Assembly: GCA_021613535.1 (NCBI GenBank)
Contig: CP075496.1
Location: 10,168,001-10,232,000 of the forward strand
Reading direction: 5' to 3'
Origin: Adineta vaga
Lineage: Eukaryota; Animalia; Rotifera
DNA length: 64,000 nt
Shown: one piece after another, positions 1 through 13,430 of the stretch
How the letters are laid out: each line of letters begins with the position of its first letter
Numbering within the stretch: position 1 is the first letter of the stretch
Notes under the pieces: model-generated
The model's input: the letters and a program-made list of their open reading frames with translations, nothing else
The model's database searches: none
Told to the model about the DNA's origin: nothing
Translations under genes and position numbers: made by a program

Positions 1-353
1 GACGTTTGTACTTTATTGTTTTTCATCGAACTATTTCGAAAATTATTCAAAACAAAATAGTATTCTGCTCGAATGTCTTACAAATTTTTCTGTTACACAT
101 TGTCGATTCTATAGATACTCAAGAAGGATACAATAATGAAGTCAACCTATCAAACATCGTCTCTAGCAAGAAGTAAAAAAACGTGTCATGCATTACATTT
201 CACATGGTACCATGGATAACTGAAACGTTTTTATTTCACTGATGTACAATTATATAATCAGAACTCTTCTTTCATTCATAACTTTTATCAAGCAAAATTG
301 TAAAAAAAAAAGGAAAAACTAATTTCAATAAAAATCATGCAGCAAAAACGAAA

Positions 354-2049
354 TTAGTCCGATTCTGTATGGTGTAGTTCATCTCTTGCTTCTTCACGTT
401 CTCGTGGTGGCCATGTGCATAAAGCTCGAACGAATTCTGTTGTTCCACAATTGCCCCAACAGATCCAACCCCATCCAGTCTTTTCATCTATCATTGCTCG
501 ACGTACACGACAACGAAACTCTTTTGCTTCATTTGCATTATCCCATGCAGATGAGATATTTAGTAACTTCAAAATATTACTTAATACAACATCAGGTAGA
601 CGTCCATCATTCCATGCTTGAAGTGTTCCAATTATGACATCTTTCGGTGCACGAATGATAGCATCTGATTTCAATTCAATAGGCTGTTCAGGATCAACAA
701 TGAAAAAATTAAGAAAAGTTCGACGACGACCATTATCATGAGTTAAATTTCTAATCTGTTGAAATCGATGTGGAATAGAATTGGAGAAAACAACTCCTGC
801 ACCTGTTTTTACACACGATATGAAATGATCTGTTTCAATCTCGTCATAATACTTTTGACATGCATATTTTGGACGAAATTTCAGTGCACCACCTTCAAGT
901 TCATCGTCCACATGAAGATAATAGACACCTACTGCAACAATATTTTCTGTATGACCTTCTGTATGCCATCGTCCTGAATATTTCATACCTAACAAGTAAA
1001 TCTATTTGTTATGGATATGTACGAAGTGTGATTATTATTTGCTTACCAGCTTTAAGATTATAACTTTGAGCTTTGACAATCACTTGTAATCGTTGTTGTT
1101 CCTTTGCATTATTTAAATTCACGATTTTAAGTTGTTCAAACATAGGTAACATTGCGTGAAAGATATGTGCAATATCACTATATGCTTTTTTAAATTCAGG
1201 TGAAACGGGAAGATGTTGAATTGGTGTTCGAATATCAACTTTACCGTCTGTATCAATGACAAATTCAGATGGTATCCATTGATATGTATCACGTATCTGT
1301 TCATGTTCAGAGAGATTATTATAATCTCCTTGATTTAAATCTCGTTTAAAGCGTGATAGTTTTCTATCAACGCCTTTTAACTCTTTCTTTCGTCGTTCAA
1401 TCCATTCATTTCGATTAAATGTTGTTTCAGGCTTATATGGTAATAGATCTGGATCAATGATATCTTCTACAGGTGATGGCGATGGATGAAAATCTTGCCG
1501 TTGATTATTTAATTCATAGAGAGTATTTAATAAACGTTGTCGATGTTTTTCAACATCTGGAATTTGTTCATGAATCCATACGGGATAAGCAAGAAATGCT
1601 TCACCACCATCTCCAAACTCTGCTAATCGATCACCATGTAAACGATAGAAATCAGGTTTTTGAATTGTTGTTTCATCAATTGTTTCATTTGGATCAATCA
1701 TCCAGTTGTCATCTACATCAAGCCACTTACATACCCAACATGATTGCATTCGCTTTGGATCATATGTATCATACATATAATCAGAACATGTATTAATCTG
1801 TACCTCTTGTTCTTTGAGCCAGACTCGAATACGTAAATCATCATCGTGATCGATCATTAAGATACGGCATGGATAATCTTCAATTTGAGGAGTATGACGA
1901 TATCGACGATTTGAACGAAGTCCTTCCAATACTTTTGCATCGATTACATGAAGTGTAATCCATTTAAACAGAAATTCAGACGGATAAAAGTACTTGAATG
2001 ATATTAACTTGTCCGACTTATCATCATTAGCAGCTGTCTCTGTAGCCAT
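354..2049 (-). CDS. DUF4246-like protein with C-terminal 2OG-Fe(II) dioxygenase-like fold, 2 exons (2049-1047, 988-354)
   Basis: ORFs 1009-2085 and 354-995 join through GT-AG intron 1046-989 (58 nt). Motifs YQWIPSEF, LQVIVK, WHTEG..ENIVAVGVYY, FSNSIPHR and FFIVDP resemble DUF4246 proteins. HxE...H is a plausible metal triad. Confidence 0.7.
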
Positions 2050-2563
2050 GAAAGAAGAAGAAATGGACAGATATTTTTCATGCAATTCAAATAACGCTTA
2101 TATTTATTTCAATCAATTGCACAATTACATGATTGAAAGACCAATGAATCAGTTATGGTCATCACATGTGAGGTGGCGCCATGATGGTTTGTGATACTAA
2201 AAAAAAATATAAGAAGAAACAAACAAAACATGGTTTTAATCTCTATTTCTATATTTATGTAGTGTTACTAAAATCAATATCTTCACTTTATTCAATAATT
2301 TTACATTAGAATCTCGTCATAACTATCTCACAATAAAATAGATTTTCATAACAAATAAAAACATACCTTTGAAAAGAATTGTGTTAGATATACATCATTC
2401 ATGTCGGTCGTAAACGAATATACAAGAAGTTTTCTAATTGAAATTAAATTATAATAAATTTGGATAGTGAAACTCGGTTCCTTTTTTGCTTAATACCAAA
2501 AAATTCGGTTTTTTGACAAGAAAAGATAAGATCAACAAGGTTTTTTTAACTCTATTACACAAC

Positions 2564-2636
2564 GGTCGCATGGCCCAATGGTTAAGGCACCCGCCTACGG
2601 AGCGGGGGATTCCAGGTTCGAATCCTGGTGTGATCG
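2564..2636 (+). tRNA. tRNA-Arg(ACG)
   Basis: Cloverleaf: acceptor GGTCGCA/TGTGATC, anticodon arm CCCGC-CTACGGA-GCGGG, T arm CCAGG-TTCGAAT-CCTGG. Oligo-T Pol III terminator just downstream. Confidence 0.97.
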
Positions 2637-3378
2637 AGTTAATATTTTTTTTCTTTCTGTTCTCTTTCTCTTACCATATTACAGATAGAAGAAAAACAAG
2701 AAAACATATTACTATAGGGTGTAGAAGATAAACAATGAATATATTTTTTTTAATTTTTATTTCTAGCTTTTAAAGATATTTCTTCGTTAAATACGATAAG
2801 TTTTCAATAGAAAAAAGAACCATTTTTTATGAATTTAGTTCATCATATTTTCTGTTTGTAATGAAATATTCTTCTTATTTTTCTACAGAAAAAGAATTGT
2901 TGCTTGATGTATTATTATGACAATAATAAACTTAAAATTGGCTGAAATATTTTTTGGAAAAGTATACTATCATCTTGACTATTTGGAGAAGTTGAAAAAA
3001 AGTTTTATTGAATTTTCCCCTTCATTATGAAACCAAATTGATTCTTATATTGAGCGTAAATAAGAAAATATATTTTTATTTTTCGTCAATCTTAACTAGA
3101 AAACCTCAATCATAGATAATCAATGTTTATTAAAGCAGAATAATCACAAATAGAATGAAAACTCGATCATTCTTCTAATTATTTCGAACATAAATTACAT
3201 TGTTATTTATTCAACTATTGATTTCTTTGGTAAAAAAATCTGTTTTTCAATTTTCAATTAATCATAAAGAATTTTTACAGAGTAAATTAAAAAAATTTCT
3301 ACTTTTTCCGAAGATTTTTTTCCTTTAAGAAAACATAGTTTTCTGAATCATGTTAGATAATTATCATCTTTCGACAAC

Positions 3379-3451
3379 GGTCGCATGGCCCAATGGTTAA
3401 GGCACCCGCCTACGGAGCGGGGGATTCCAGGTTCGAATCCTGGTGTGATCG
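3379..3451 (+). tRNA. tRNA-Arg(ACG), second identical copy
   Basis: Identical to 2564-2636, with the same ACAAC leader and AGTTAATAT(T)n trailer. Confidence 0.97.
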
Positions 3452-4458
3452 AGTTAATATTTTTTTCGTTCAATTCTTATAATATCAGAAGAAATTCTCT
3501 TTCAATAATTCTCTCGATAAAATCATTTTATTTTTTGACTTTCGATAATTTTTCTTCCGTCCATCTTATTGTTGATTAGAAGTTTTTATTTTGAGCCGAT
3601 GTAAACAAATATATCTTTTTAAAATCTTGTGTAACGGTTTGGACTAAAATTCATTCAAAGTATATTATTTTGATATCGAATATTCATTTGATAGGTTACT
3701 CTATGTGTATTATTAGATATTTCTGAATGTAAATTATTTTTAAAATGAGAATAAATAAACTCGAAAGATGGAATAGACTTATTGCACTACATGTACTTTT
3801 TTTAAAAAGGTTCAATGAGAGATATGTTTAATTAAGTTGCATGAATATATATAAAACCTTTAATTTGGAATATTTTAACATTTATGCCGAAATAGTGTCA
3901 TAAAAAAACCAATAAATGAATTGCGTGATTGTGAATAAAGAGAACATTTCGCTGTTGTAAATATTCAGGTAAAGCTCTGAATTATTTTAAGTGATTTATT
4001 GCTTAGCAACATAGTTTTCAATAGGAACTAGAAAGTAATGTAGAATATTAGTTTCAAATTTATGTGTTTAAAATGAGTAAATTTATAAGTTTATGACTAT
4101 ATATAATTATTAACAATTAAAGATGACGCTAATGACTAAACAACGATAAACAATACATCAAGGTTATATTTCTTCAAATGTTTCATTTCATCTATTACAA
4201 AATTTGATATATTAATCATCTTGAAATGAACGACGATCTGAAGTAGAATTCAACCTTGAATGAACTTGCTGCACATTTCTAAGATACTACAAAAAGAAAT
4301 CAATCGATAAAGTGAATATATATCTTTCTTTCTATTTCTTCTTTTCACCTTCAGTTCATATGTAAAAGAATAAACATTTGATTCTTCATTTTCTTTCTAT
4401 TCGAAGGTCAAAATACATACAACTGGTAGATGTTATATTCTTGATAAAATCAACAAGA

Positions 4459-5220
4459 ATGTTATTTTACACGACGTTAATCGTATATTTTCTCTTGTTT
4501 ACAACAATTATTCGATGTTCATCCTTTCTGAACATTTCTCAAGCTATTCTTAATACTCAAACAGTTATCGCATGTGGATTATCAATTGATATTTATGAAT
4601 CATTTAATCAAACTCAAGTTACAACTTGTCCATATGTTTCTATTGATAATAATATTCAATTAATCAGTATCAATATATGTATGAGTTTTATTCTTCAATT
4701 AATAATCATTCTTTATATTTATATTTCAGCTATTGACGATGATAATCAATTAGTAATACAATCAGATCCTCCAATAATTCAACCACCTACAATTTTTATC
4801 AAACATAATCGTAATAATTCATTGATTCCTCCAATATATATTACAAGAAATTCAACATATTATCTTTCATTTTCTTCTCAATTAACTTGCAGATATTCAT
4901 CATCACCACAAACTAATGAAACAATTTGTTTTTATTATCTAATATCATCGAATTTTATTTCTCTTGAATATGATTATGATGAAATTCAAAATGATAGTTT
5001 TATTTCAATAGAAACAACAAGAATTAATATTCAGAAGGTTTTTCTTCTTATTGGAATTTCTTTTATTATTATCTGTTTAATTTTGGTGTGCATGATCTGT
5101 GCAAGTAGAATCTCATTTCGTTATCTCAGTCGATCTGATGATATTTTTCAATCACATTTGAACAATCAAGAGACAGAAAAACAATCAAGAGATATTTCGC
5201 AAAATAATATTGTTACATAA
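4459..5220 (+). CDS. Uncharacterised type I single-pass membrane protein
   Basis: ATG at 4459 starts a signal-peptide-like stretch (MLFYTTLIVYFLLFTTIIRC). Cys and N-glycan sequons in the ectodomain; TM VFLLIGISFIIICLILVCMICA. Probable in-frame intron 4679-4729 (51 nt). Confidence 0.7.
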   Translation: MLFYTTLIVYFLLFTTIIRCSSFLNISQAILNTQTVIACGLSIDIYESFNQTQVTTCPYVSIDNNIQLISINICMSFILQLIIILYIYISAIDDDNQLVIQSDPPIIQPPTIFIKHNRNNSLIPPIYITRNSTYYLSFSSQLTCRYSSSPQTNETICFYYLISSNFISLEYDYDEIQNDSFISIETTRINIQKVFLLIGISFIIICLILVCMICASRISFRYLSRSDDIFQSHLNNQETEKQSRDISQNNIVT

Positions 5221-6101
5221 ACAATTCTAAATGAATATATGTGAGATGCATGAAGTAGAAAATAGAAATAAATGTTTTTATCGGTTGTTTGTTGGCGAAC
5301 TTTGTGAAATAAATACAGTGATTCTATCGTTTCGAATAAAGTTCTTGTGTTCTTTCTAACAAAACGCGTTATTGTATGGAAAATTTTGATGTAAGTGACT
5401 TAATTTTGTTGGTATTGAGAAACATATGTAAATCGTCGAATCGTATACAAGAAAACTTGAAAAATTCAATATTTGAGCGATACATAGAAATATGAATTCA
5501 TACAATTGATGAATTAGTTTTACAAACATCAACTTTGTAGAAAAGATTCATTTTGATAAGTTCGAACATTTGCGTACAATCGTTCATACATTCATAAGTT
5601 TTTCTTTCTTCTTCGTTATTCTAAAAATAGTCGAGTAAAGTAATCAATATCTTTTATATATTAGACATTAACGTCAATATTCTTTGTTTTCTTTTGGATT
5701 ATTATTTCTTTCTCTAGATTTCTTTTCTTTCGTTATTTACTTGAAATATCAATGACAAATTGTTCGTAGTATTAAGAGCAAAATCGATGACAAATGAAAG
5801 ATTCAATATCTTCTATTTCTTTTCACAATTGCTTTGCGTTGAAGAAAAAAATGAATAGAAATCATGTTTTCATATAGAATAATTTTCTTGGAACAAAAAA
5901 AAAAGAAGAAAGAGAGCAAAGGCCAAAATTCCATTTTTACACAAAACAAGAAAAAACGGAGAACATAAAGCAAAAAGAAAAATTAAACAGATGGAATGTA
6001 TTAGATAGAACAGATAGAGATTAAACCGGGTTTTTCAATTGTTTTCATTTCGGTTGTATCTCTATCGATTTCTTTGATTGAGTTAGAAAAAGAAAATTTC
6101 A

Positions 6102-7122
6102 TTATCGATGATCATCTGATGAACCATTCTTAGCGGCAGCAGCTGCAGCAGCAGCAGCAAGATGTAAATAATATCGATCAGAAATTGATGAACGAGGAGT
6201 TGAAGATTGTGAAAGATATTGATAATGTTGATTATTATTATCCCACGAATGTTCGTCATCATTTTTATTAGTTATATCAGATGTATCCGATTGATTTTGT
6301 TGATTTGGATCGTGTTCAATCGATTCGTCTTGTTGTTCATCATCATCATCATCGTTAATATCATTTGAACTATTATTTCCATCTTCAGATTTCAATCGTT
6401 TATGTTTTGTACGACGATTTTGATACCATACTTTAACCTAAATGATATAAATTGATTTTGTCGGAGTTTCATCAATCAATTTGAAGTTGTTATTTTTACT
6501 AATCTATCAGTTTTTATTCTCTTTAACCGCAAGGAACCGTCATCATTTAGTGTATTTCCTTAAGCAAATACCGGAATTTCTTTACTTTAACATTTCCGTC
6601 TTTCTAATTGATGACTACACTTACTTGAGTTTCAGTTAAATTTAAATGGCGTGCTAATTCTTTACGTTCTTGTCCAACAACATAATGATTTTTTTCAAAT
6701 GCATTTTCAAGTTTGAGTAATTGAGCTGGTGTAAATGCTGTACGTACACGTTTGGGTTTACGAAATGAATGAAGAATAAGAGCTGCAGCTGCTTCTGGAC
6801 CTACAACAAAAAGAGATAAACGAATTGAAAATAAGATTTCATATGAAATGTGAATTATTGTCTTCTTACTAGCAAATCTTCCATCAAATAATCGACCACT
6901 ATGTCGAAGATATTGAAGTTGATATTGTACAATTGGATCTAAACTTGTTGGAGGTGGTATCCATGATGCTGCAGGTAAATAGGATGGCATCGGTGGAGGA
7001 TTATCACGAACAGAAATCTTTGCGGAATCATCATTTTTAATAATATCATTTATAGAAAATCCCATTGATTTTCGAGAATTGGATGTTGTTGCAATTGGTC
7101 GAGATGGACGATGAACTGGCAT
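6102..7122 (-). CDS. Emx: Emx/empty spiracles homeobox transcription factor, 3 exons (7122-6870, 6800-6625, 6437-6102)
   Basis: Spliced homeodomain [46 protein letters not shown]|[14 protein letters not shown], with FEKNHYVVG diagnostic of Emx. eh1-like FSINDII near the N-terminus; intron at the common Q|V position. Confidence 0.92.
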
Positions 7123-7315
7123 AATAAGTTTTTATTATATTATTAAGTCGATGTAGAGAGAAGGAGAGAGACTCACATACACTCTCTTATACTTTAATTC
7201 AATTATGTTCGATCTTCCGTTAGAATGTTTTATCAATTTCTTTTCTCTCGTCTAATATTGACTCGCTGATTTAGTAGAATAACAACAGCAAAAGCAATAG
7301 AAAAATATCTTTTCT

Positions 7316-7350
7316 TCTCTCTCTTCTCTCTCTCTCTCTCTCTCTTTCTC
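7316..7350. repeat. (CT)n/(GA)n microsatellite upstream of Emx
   Basis: Run of CT dinucleotides seen directly; an AG run follows near 7385. Confidence 0.8.
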
Positions 7351-10125
7351 TTCCATTTCTATCTGGTGCACATAAATATATCTAGAGAGAGAGAGATGGA
7401 GAGAAAGAGAAGAATATATATGAATTAATTTGTGCTGAATTACCTTCTTCTTCTTCGTCCTATCAAATGACACCTGAGGCAATAGACAATGTATCAAGCT
7501 GTACAATGATTGGATATGTAGGCAAAAGAGACATAGAAACGATTTAAAGGCAATTATAGTGCTCTCTTTCTCTTCGTGAACGATTATGATTATAGTCGAA
7601 AAAGAAACATGATCTATCATCAATTGGGTAGTTGCCCTATCTTATCGACCAATAATAATTCATTCAATGAAATATATGTTTCAATGCAGTAAAATCGGAT
7701 ATATGATGAACTAAAAATTTAAAAAAAAACGAGAGCGAGTCTTGTTTAGTAATGAATTTCTCCAATTGATTGGCGTCAGTTTTCAAATTAATGATCTCTT
7801 TCATTAGCATATTTCCTTTGCACACACGCGTCTAGATCTAGTGCGTCATGCTGTTTAGAACAAAATGAAAAAATAATTTTCGTGCGCTTATCATCATCAT
7901 CATCATCATTGAGTTGTATTTATTTTCAAACAACATGTGTTGCCCTTTGAAGCAAGTTCTCTTCACTCTTCGTTTTCTTTCTTTTCTTTTTGTCTTGACA
8001 TGTCATCGAAGTCAACAGCTGTATAAGGATGTGAAATAACGAGAAGAATAAAAAAATTATATTTGAAACTATGCAAATGAGAATTCGATTTCTCAGCATC
8101 TTATTCATCCGTAAGAATACATTGATTCGATTAATTTTAATTATGTCATAACACTAAGTGAGAGAATAAGAGGTGTTATTCTTGAAACATCGTTTTCTAA
8201 CCTCTCGACACATGTATCAATGGCCGATGGCAAAGAAGAGCAATAATCACAACAACAACATCGACGACAATTGATGATGTGTCGTCGATCGATGATCAAC
8301 TAGGGCAAACGATAATTGCACGAAAGATTGAAATCAAATTAATCCGATACTGATTTGTCATTTCTCTTTTTTTTGCTTCATAATAAACTTTGGAATAATC
8401 ATTGAAAAATCTCTTTTTCAATAGGGATTATTATTTCATATCTTTCTAAATATCAATTTTTCTCTGTCTGTCTCTCTCTCTCTCTCACTCTTTCTTACAA
8501 AAGAAATGAAGATAGGATATTTGTACATGATTGGTTGTGTATATTTACATAGAGCTTCTGTCCTATGTCACTTCACTTCATCAACACCCTTCGCGCTTGT
8601 CCAGACGTCAATATATATTCCTTCAATCAATTGTTGATTTACTTGCGGGCTAATTCCAATTACAACAAGATATTGTATGGACAAAACGAAAAAAAAACTC
8701 TTCGAAAAAAACATTCAATGTCTAGATGATTGTATATTTTATGAATGAAATAAATGAATTTATACTTGAATTGATTTGAGTTTTTATCGTTGTTATCTCA
8801 ATTGCACATCATGTTCGATTGATTAACTTGCTTGATGTTTAAGAAGGAGGGGGAGGAAACGATTCAATTAATTTTTTGCTTTATTTTGTCTTTGATCTAT
8901 TTTCGAAGAAAAAATCAACATGTGCACAACACTTATCATTATTCACTGGACAAAAAAAAATGATTAACCTTGAATAATAAAGCTCCTATTTGCTCTTGAA
9001 TATAGTCGCTACCTTGATCTTCTCTATACAAGTTTAACATGCGCATTCTGTAATAAAAAGAAAACACATCAGAACTTTTTTGCTCAATCGCAATTCTTCT
9101 TAATCTGTTCGAATAAGTGAAGAGACGTGACTTTCTAATCTCAAAGTATCATCATCGTCTAACACCAAAGAGAACAAAAAAATCGTTTGATCTGAATATG
9201 ATATGCGCCATATAAACATCATGTTTGATTAAAGATCATCGACTATTAACAATCAATCGAACGAATTTCTTATTTCAAACAATAAAATACAATAAGAAGA
9301 ATTTTAACTATAAGGACTACTGTTTATGTCTCTCTTCATATATATATATATATATATATATGGTTATTTTAAAAGATTATTATTTGAAATTCGATCGTGC
9401 CTTCCCTTCATTCAACTTACCAATTAGAAGGATGAGTCTAATCACTATATTCTTTTCGATCGATAAATGAATGACAAGATAGATCTATATGGGGGATTAG
9501 TCAGGTGCATAGAATTGTACGCGTGTGTATATTTTTCAACACTAAGGTGCGAGAAAAATCTTGTTCAATCAGATAATAAGAAAAAAAAACTTCATTATTA
9601 AACAATAGAATGAATCGATTTCATTGATTATTGACAAGAACGAACGAATAGAGATTTACAAATGATTGAAGAGGAAAAGAACCAATCATTCTTAATTCTA
9701 TACTAAAATCATCATTTCATGATGGCATGGCATCATTTCATAAGATTTGTTCATTACTTTTCGAAAATAAGGACATGTAAACAGATTATATTTCAGCAAA
9801 TATGAAATAGATAAATGTGTTTAGAGCAATCATTTTCTTAATTCAATGGATTTAAATCGTTGATATTCAATGAACTATTAATAAAATCAGTCTAGCTCAA
9901 GGGAATATTGTTTACTGATTGATAAAATATGTAAGTTGAAGAAATTTTTATCGACAATTCTTTCCAATTGTGCAATCTTTGATTAACTTCTTTGAAATCA
10001 ACGATAGGAACATCAAGAGAACAAAATTATAACTGATACTTTTCAAAATTGAATAAAAAGAAATCTTCTAACAAAAAACCATCGTCTTCTTTTTTATTAT
10101 CTCAAACAAAACATAAAACAAGAAT

Positions 10126-11075
10126 TTATTGTTTTAATTTTTGTTCAATTTCCAAACAAATTTGATCGAGTTTATTACTCGGAACAAACATGATTCTTCT
10201 TCGTTGTGTCCATTCTCCAGCACTTGATTGTACTGGATAATAATCAACTGATACTGTCGAATGGCTTTCAAAAACTTCTTCTTCACCATTCATATAGTAA
10301 ATTGTATTTGAATCACTTTTATGTAAACGTAATTTCGCATGAATAATCCAATAATCAATTGGATAGATAATTTCTTCTCGAAGTGTTCGAATAGCTGGTA
10401 AACTAATATCAGCTGGAATATTCATATAACGTTCGTTGATAAATAATCCACATTTCGAAGCTAAACAGAAAATATTCTCTTTAGAACAACGGGCCTGTAA
10501 CTCAGGGGTAGAGTGTTCGCTTTGCATGCGAAAAGTCTTGGGTTCAAATCCCAACTCGTCCAATTCTCTTTTTTTTTCTATTTCAAAACAAAAAAAAAAC
10601 CTTTCATTTACTTACATTGAAGAATATGTTTTGCCTGTTGTTTATCGGAACATTTGTCTAATAACCATGATTGTAATTGTTTATTATGTTGTTGATCAAA
10701 ACGAAGAATTGAACAAATACCTAAGACAGGAGCTTCATCATCTTCATCATCTGTTTCATCCATTGTTGAATCTAATGGTTGATAAAAAACACTACCACAT
10801 GATTGTTGAGTAATCAATTGAGTTGTTAATTGTTTTAAATCAAGAACAGATTTTTTTATTGAATTACCAAATGATTGTTCGAGAAAATAAAGAACAGCAT
10901 CATGATCGGTATCAATCGGTGTACGAGCTTCTAAATCAATTTGAATATTTTCTTGAGGATTACTTTCCATAAGTTCATTTTGATCTTCATCATTGTCGGA
11001 ACCAGATGTTGTAGATGAATTCGATTCTTCAGTTGGTTGATTATTTGGACGACTTTTTTTAGATGAACGAGGCAT
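10126..11075 (-). CDS. BCCIP: BCCIP/Bcp1 homolog, 2 exons (11075-10616, 10460-10126)
   Basis: Acidic N-terminus; motifs IDLEARTPIDTDHDAV, GSVF, GLFINERYMNIPADISLP and YMNGEEEVF match BCCIP. Intron 10615-10461 is GT-AG and keeps the frame. Confidence 0.85.
10491..10562 (+). tRNA. tRNA-Ala(TGC), antisense within the BCCIP intron
   Basis: D stem ACTC/GAGT, anticodon arm TTCGC-TTTGCAT-GCGAA, T arm TTGGG-TTCAAAT-CCCAA, G3:U70 Ala identity pair, A discriminator, oligo-T terminator. Two mismatches in the acceptor stem. Confidence 0.88.
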
Positions 11076-11613
11076 GAATGATAGTTGAAAAAGACTAGAA
11101 ATCTAAAATATAGAGAATACGAACGTTTTGTTTTACAATACTAATAAGTTTCGGTTGTTTTTTTTCTCACAGCACGAGCACGGATCGATATCAAAATCAA
11201 AATCCATACAAACGAGATGAAATGAAAAATCAAACTAGTTTTTGATAGGATAGGATAGGACGGTACGTATAAACTACTCACAGAAAACAATTAGAATTCG
11301 TCAAATAAACTAGAAGATCTGATTTTTGAATTTTTCATTATGAAGTTTCTTCTAATTTTCAATATTAATATCTAGAACTTAGAAAGAAAAAGTATATTGA
11401 AAATTATCTATAGATGTCACTATATACTATTGATTAGTCAATTTCAATCAATATAATTACTGTGTGAAACAATTGATTTGATCGTTATTTAATGTTGAAT
11501 TGCGATTCTTTTTTTTGCATTTTATAAAACGTAATTTTCATGTAAAAAAATATATATATTTCAATTACAAAAATATCTTTCAAAGATTTAAATAACAAGA
11601 AAAATAGTTTTTT

Positions 11614-12615
11614 TTATGTATCGACAGTTAAAATACAATTTGAATCCGAATCAGCTAATATGACTGAAAATGATGAATTCAAAAAACTTTGTTGTTTTTC
11701 TTGCATTTGTTGTGTATGAAAATATTGTATTCTCCATCGTTGAATAAACGCTAATGTATATTTTCGTTCTATTGTTATACAAAGAACTGTTAACGCAATC
11801 ATTATAACTGTTATTGTACTTAATATAATATGTCCATAGATAACAATTTTATTGACAGAGAAATGTGTAATAATTAAAGTGAAACGAACGAAAAATTCTA
11901 ATAGATAACCAATAGACCAAATACTTGTAATTATTTGACTTGAACGACGAAATGATGAGCAATTTGTATAGAGCCATTCATAAACTTGAGCAACTTCTTG
12001 TTTGTGAGATAAATTTTCACCGATTGTTTCTTCATTTAATCTCGAATAGTTTGTATCAAATTTATCTTCTTTAGTAGGAAATATATGATCAGGTAAACCA
12101 ACATCAGCACGTTTTGTTGGTACTAAATCTTGATAGAAATAATATGCCATTGGTCTCCAACGGCAACGATGTTTACAACATTGAAATGGTATTAATGTTA
12201 CACCAAAAATAAATGATAAAACAACGGTAATTAAAGATTTTTCTAATAGCAAAATAATAGGACTACGTGAAATAACTGCAACTAATGCAGTAACAACAAA
12301 TGAAAAGAAAACAAGAAATCCAAGTGCATCAAAGGTACATAACCATACCGCTTTACAAATCATCATTAACAACGGTGGACTACCAGCCGCTAAAAGTGCA
12401 TAAACAGGTTTTATATGTTTTTGTAAATGGACATAGATAATCAAGGGTGCAATAACATCAATAAGTATTGTTAGACAAAATCGTGGTATATGATGTTTGA
12501 ATGTATGCCAAACGGAAAATTTTATATCGACGGGTATTTGATTTCGTTTCACATGTTGTTGTTGTTGAACATCCGTAGTAGTACATATAATAGCAACATC
12601 ATCTGTTGGATACAT
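11614..12615 (-). CDS. VC0807-like multi-pass membrane protein, copy 1 (intronless, likely non-metazoan origin)
   Basis: About 6 TM segments. Pattern DALGFLV..SPIILLLEKSLIT..RPMAYYF..FRR..ITSIWSIGYLLEFFVR resembles bacterial and early-diverging-fungal VC0807-family proteins (recognition, not searched). Confidence 0.7.
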   Translation of the reverse strand: MYPTDDVAIICTTTDVQQQQHVKRNQIPVDIKFSVWHTFKHHIPRFCLTILIDVIAPLIIYVHLQKHIKPVYALLAAGSPPLLMMICKAVWLCTFDALGFLVFFSFVVTALVAVISRSPIILLLEKSLITVVLSFIFGVTLIPFQCCKHRCRWRPMAYYFYQDLVPTKRADVGLPDHIFPTKEDKFDTNYSRLNEETIGENLSHKQEVAQVYEWLYTNCSSFRRSSQIITSIWSIGYLLEFFVRFTLIITHFSVNKIVIYGHIILSTITVIMIALTVLCITIERKYTLAFIQRWRIQYFHTQQMQEKQQSFLNSSFSVILADSDSNCILTVDT

Positions 12616-13430
12616 CAAAGATTCGTTGAAATAGAAAAATATAAAATCTGAATCTAAACAAAATGTGTGTGACTATATATTCTTTGAAAAATAAGTAGGA
12701 GTATGAGGCAATTATCGATGATAGAGATAAATGAAAATGTGTGCGAATAACAACCGAGTTACCTTTACTTATTGAATAGAAAAAAAAGACCTAGGTGCAT
12801 ATTCATGAATACGATTGACCTTGTGTGAGGTCAGCTTAACTAGACGAAGTAAGACAATTTGGTTTAACCAAGTTTAGAATTCACATCGGAACAATGCTTG
12901 TTCTCGTTAAATTATGTTGACATACCTCGATCATTTTGCAGAAAATTTCTTCTATAAAAATATTTTCCTTGATATAAAGTTATGCGGATGTATATATTAT
13001 ATATGAGTACGACTGTCATGCAATTAATTCGTCTATTTCCTCGGTTGTTTTCAATCACGTTTTGTATGTATCGATTTAGGAACGAGAAAAAAAATCATTG
13101 TGATAGTTTAATATAAACTATGCATCGGTTGCTGACGACAACGAATAATGCCGAGTAATTTCGTGTTCATGCGCAATATAAGAGAAATACTTATATAGTT
13201 TGTTTATTCTTTCCTTTTCCTTCGAGTAGATTTTCACATTTTTTTGCATTAAATTATACATATATACCTTGAAAAAATTTTTTTTTCTCTTTGTTTCTCT
13301 TCCTCTCTTTTGTCGTTTCTCGAAGCGACATTAATCAAAACATTTGAAAGCGAATTCAAGCAATCATTATCAATTTTCTGTTATTTTTGTGATGCATTTC
13401 AAATCATGAATTGAAAAACAATTTATTTAT

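Noticed and set aside
2486-3579. ORFs containing MAQWLRHPPTERGIPGSNPG
   Set aside because: Translations of the tRNA-Arg genes.
7252-9470. Short ORFs upstream of Emx
   Set aside because: Low-complexity or microsatellite-derived with no recognisable domain; probably regulatory DNA.
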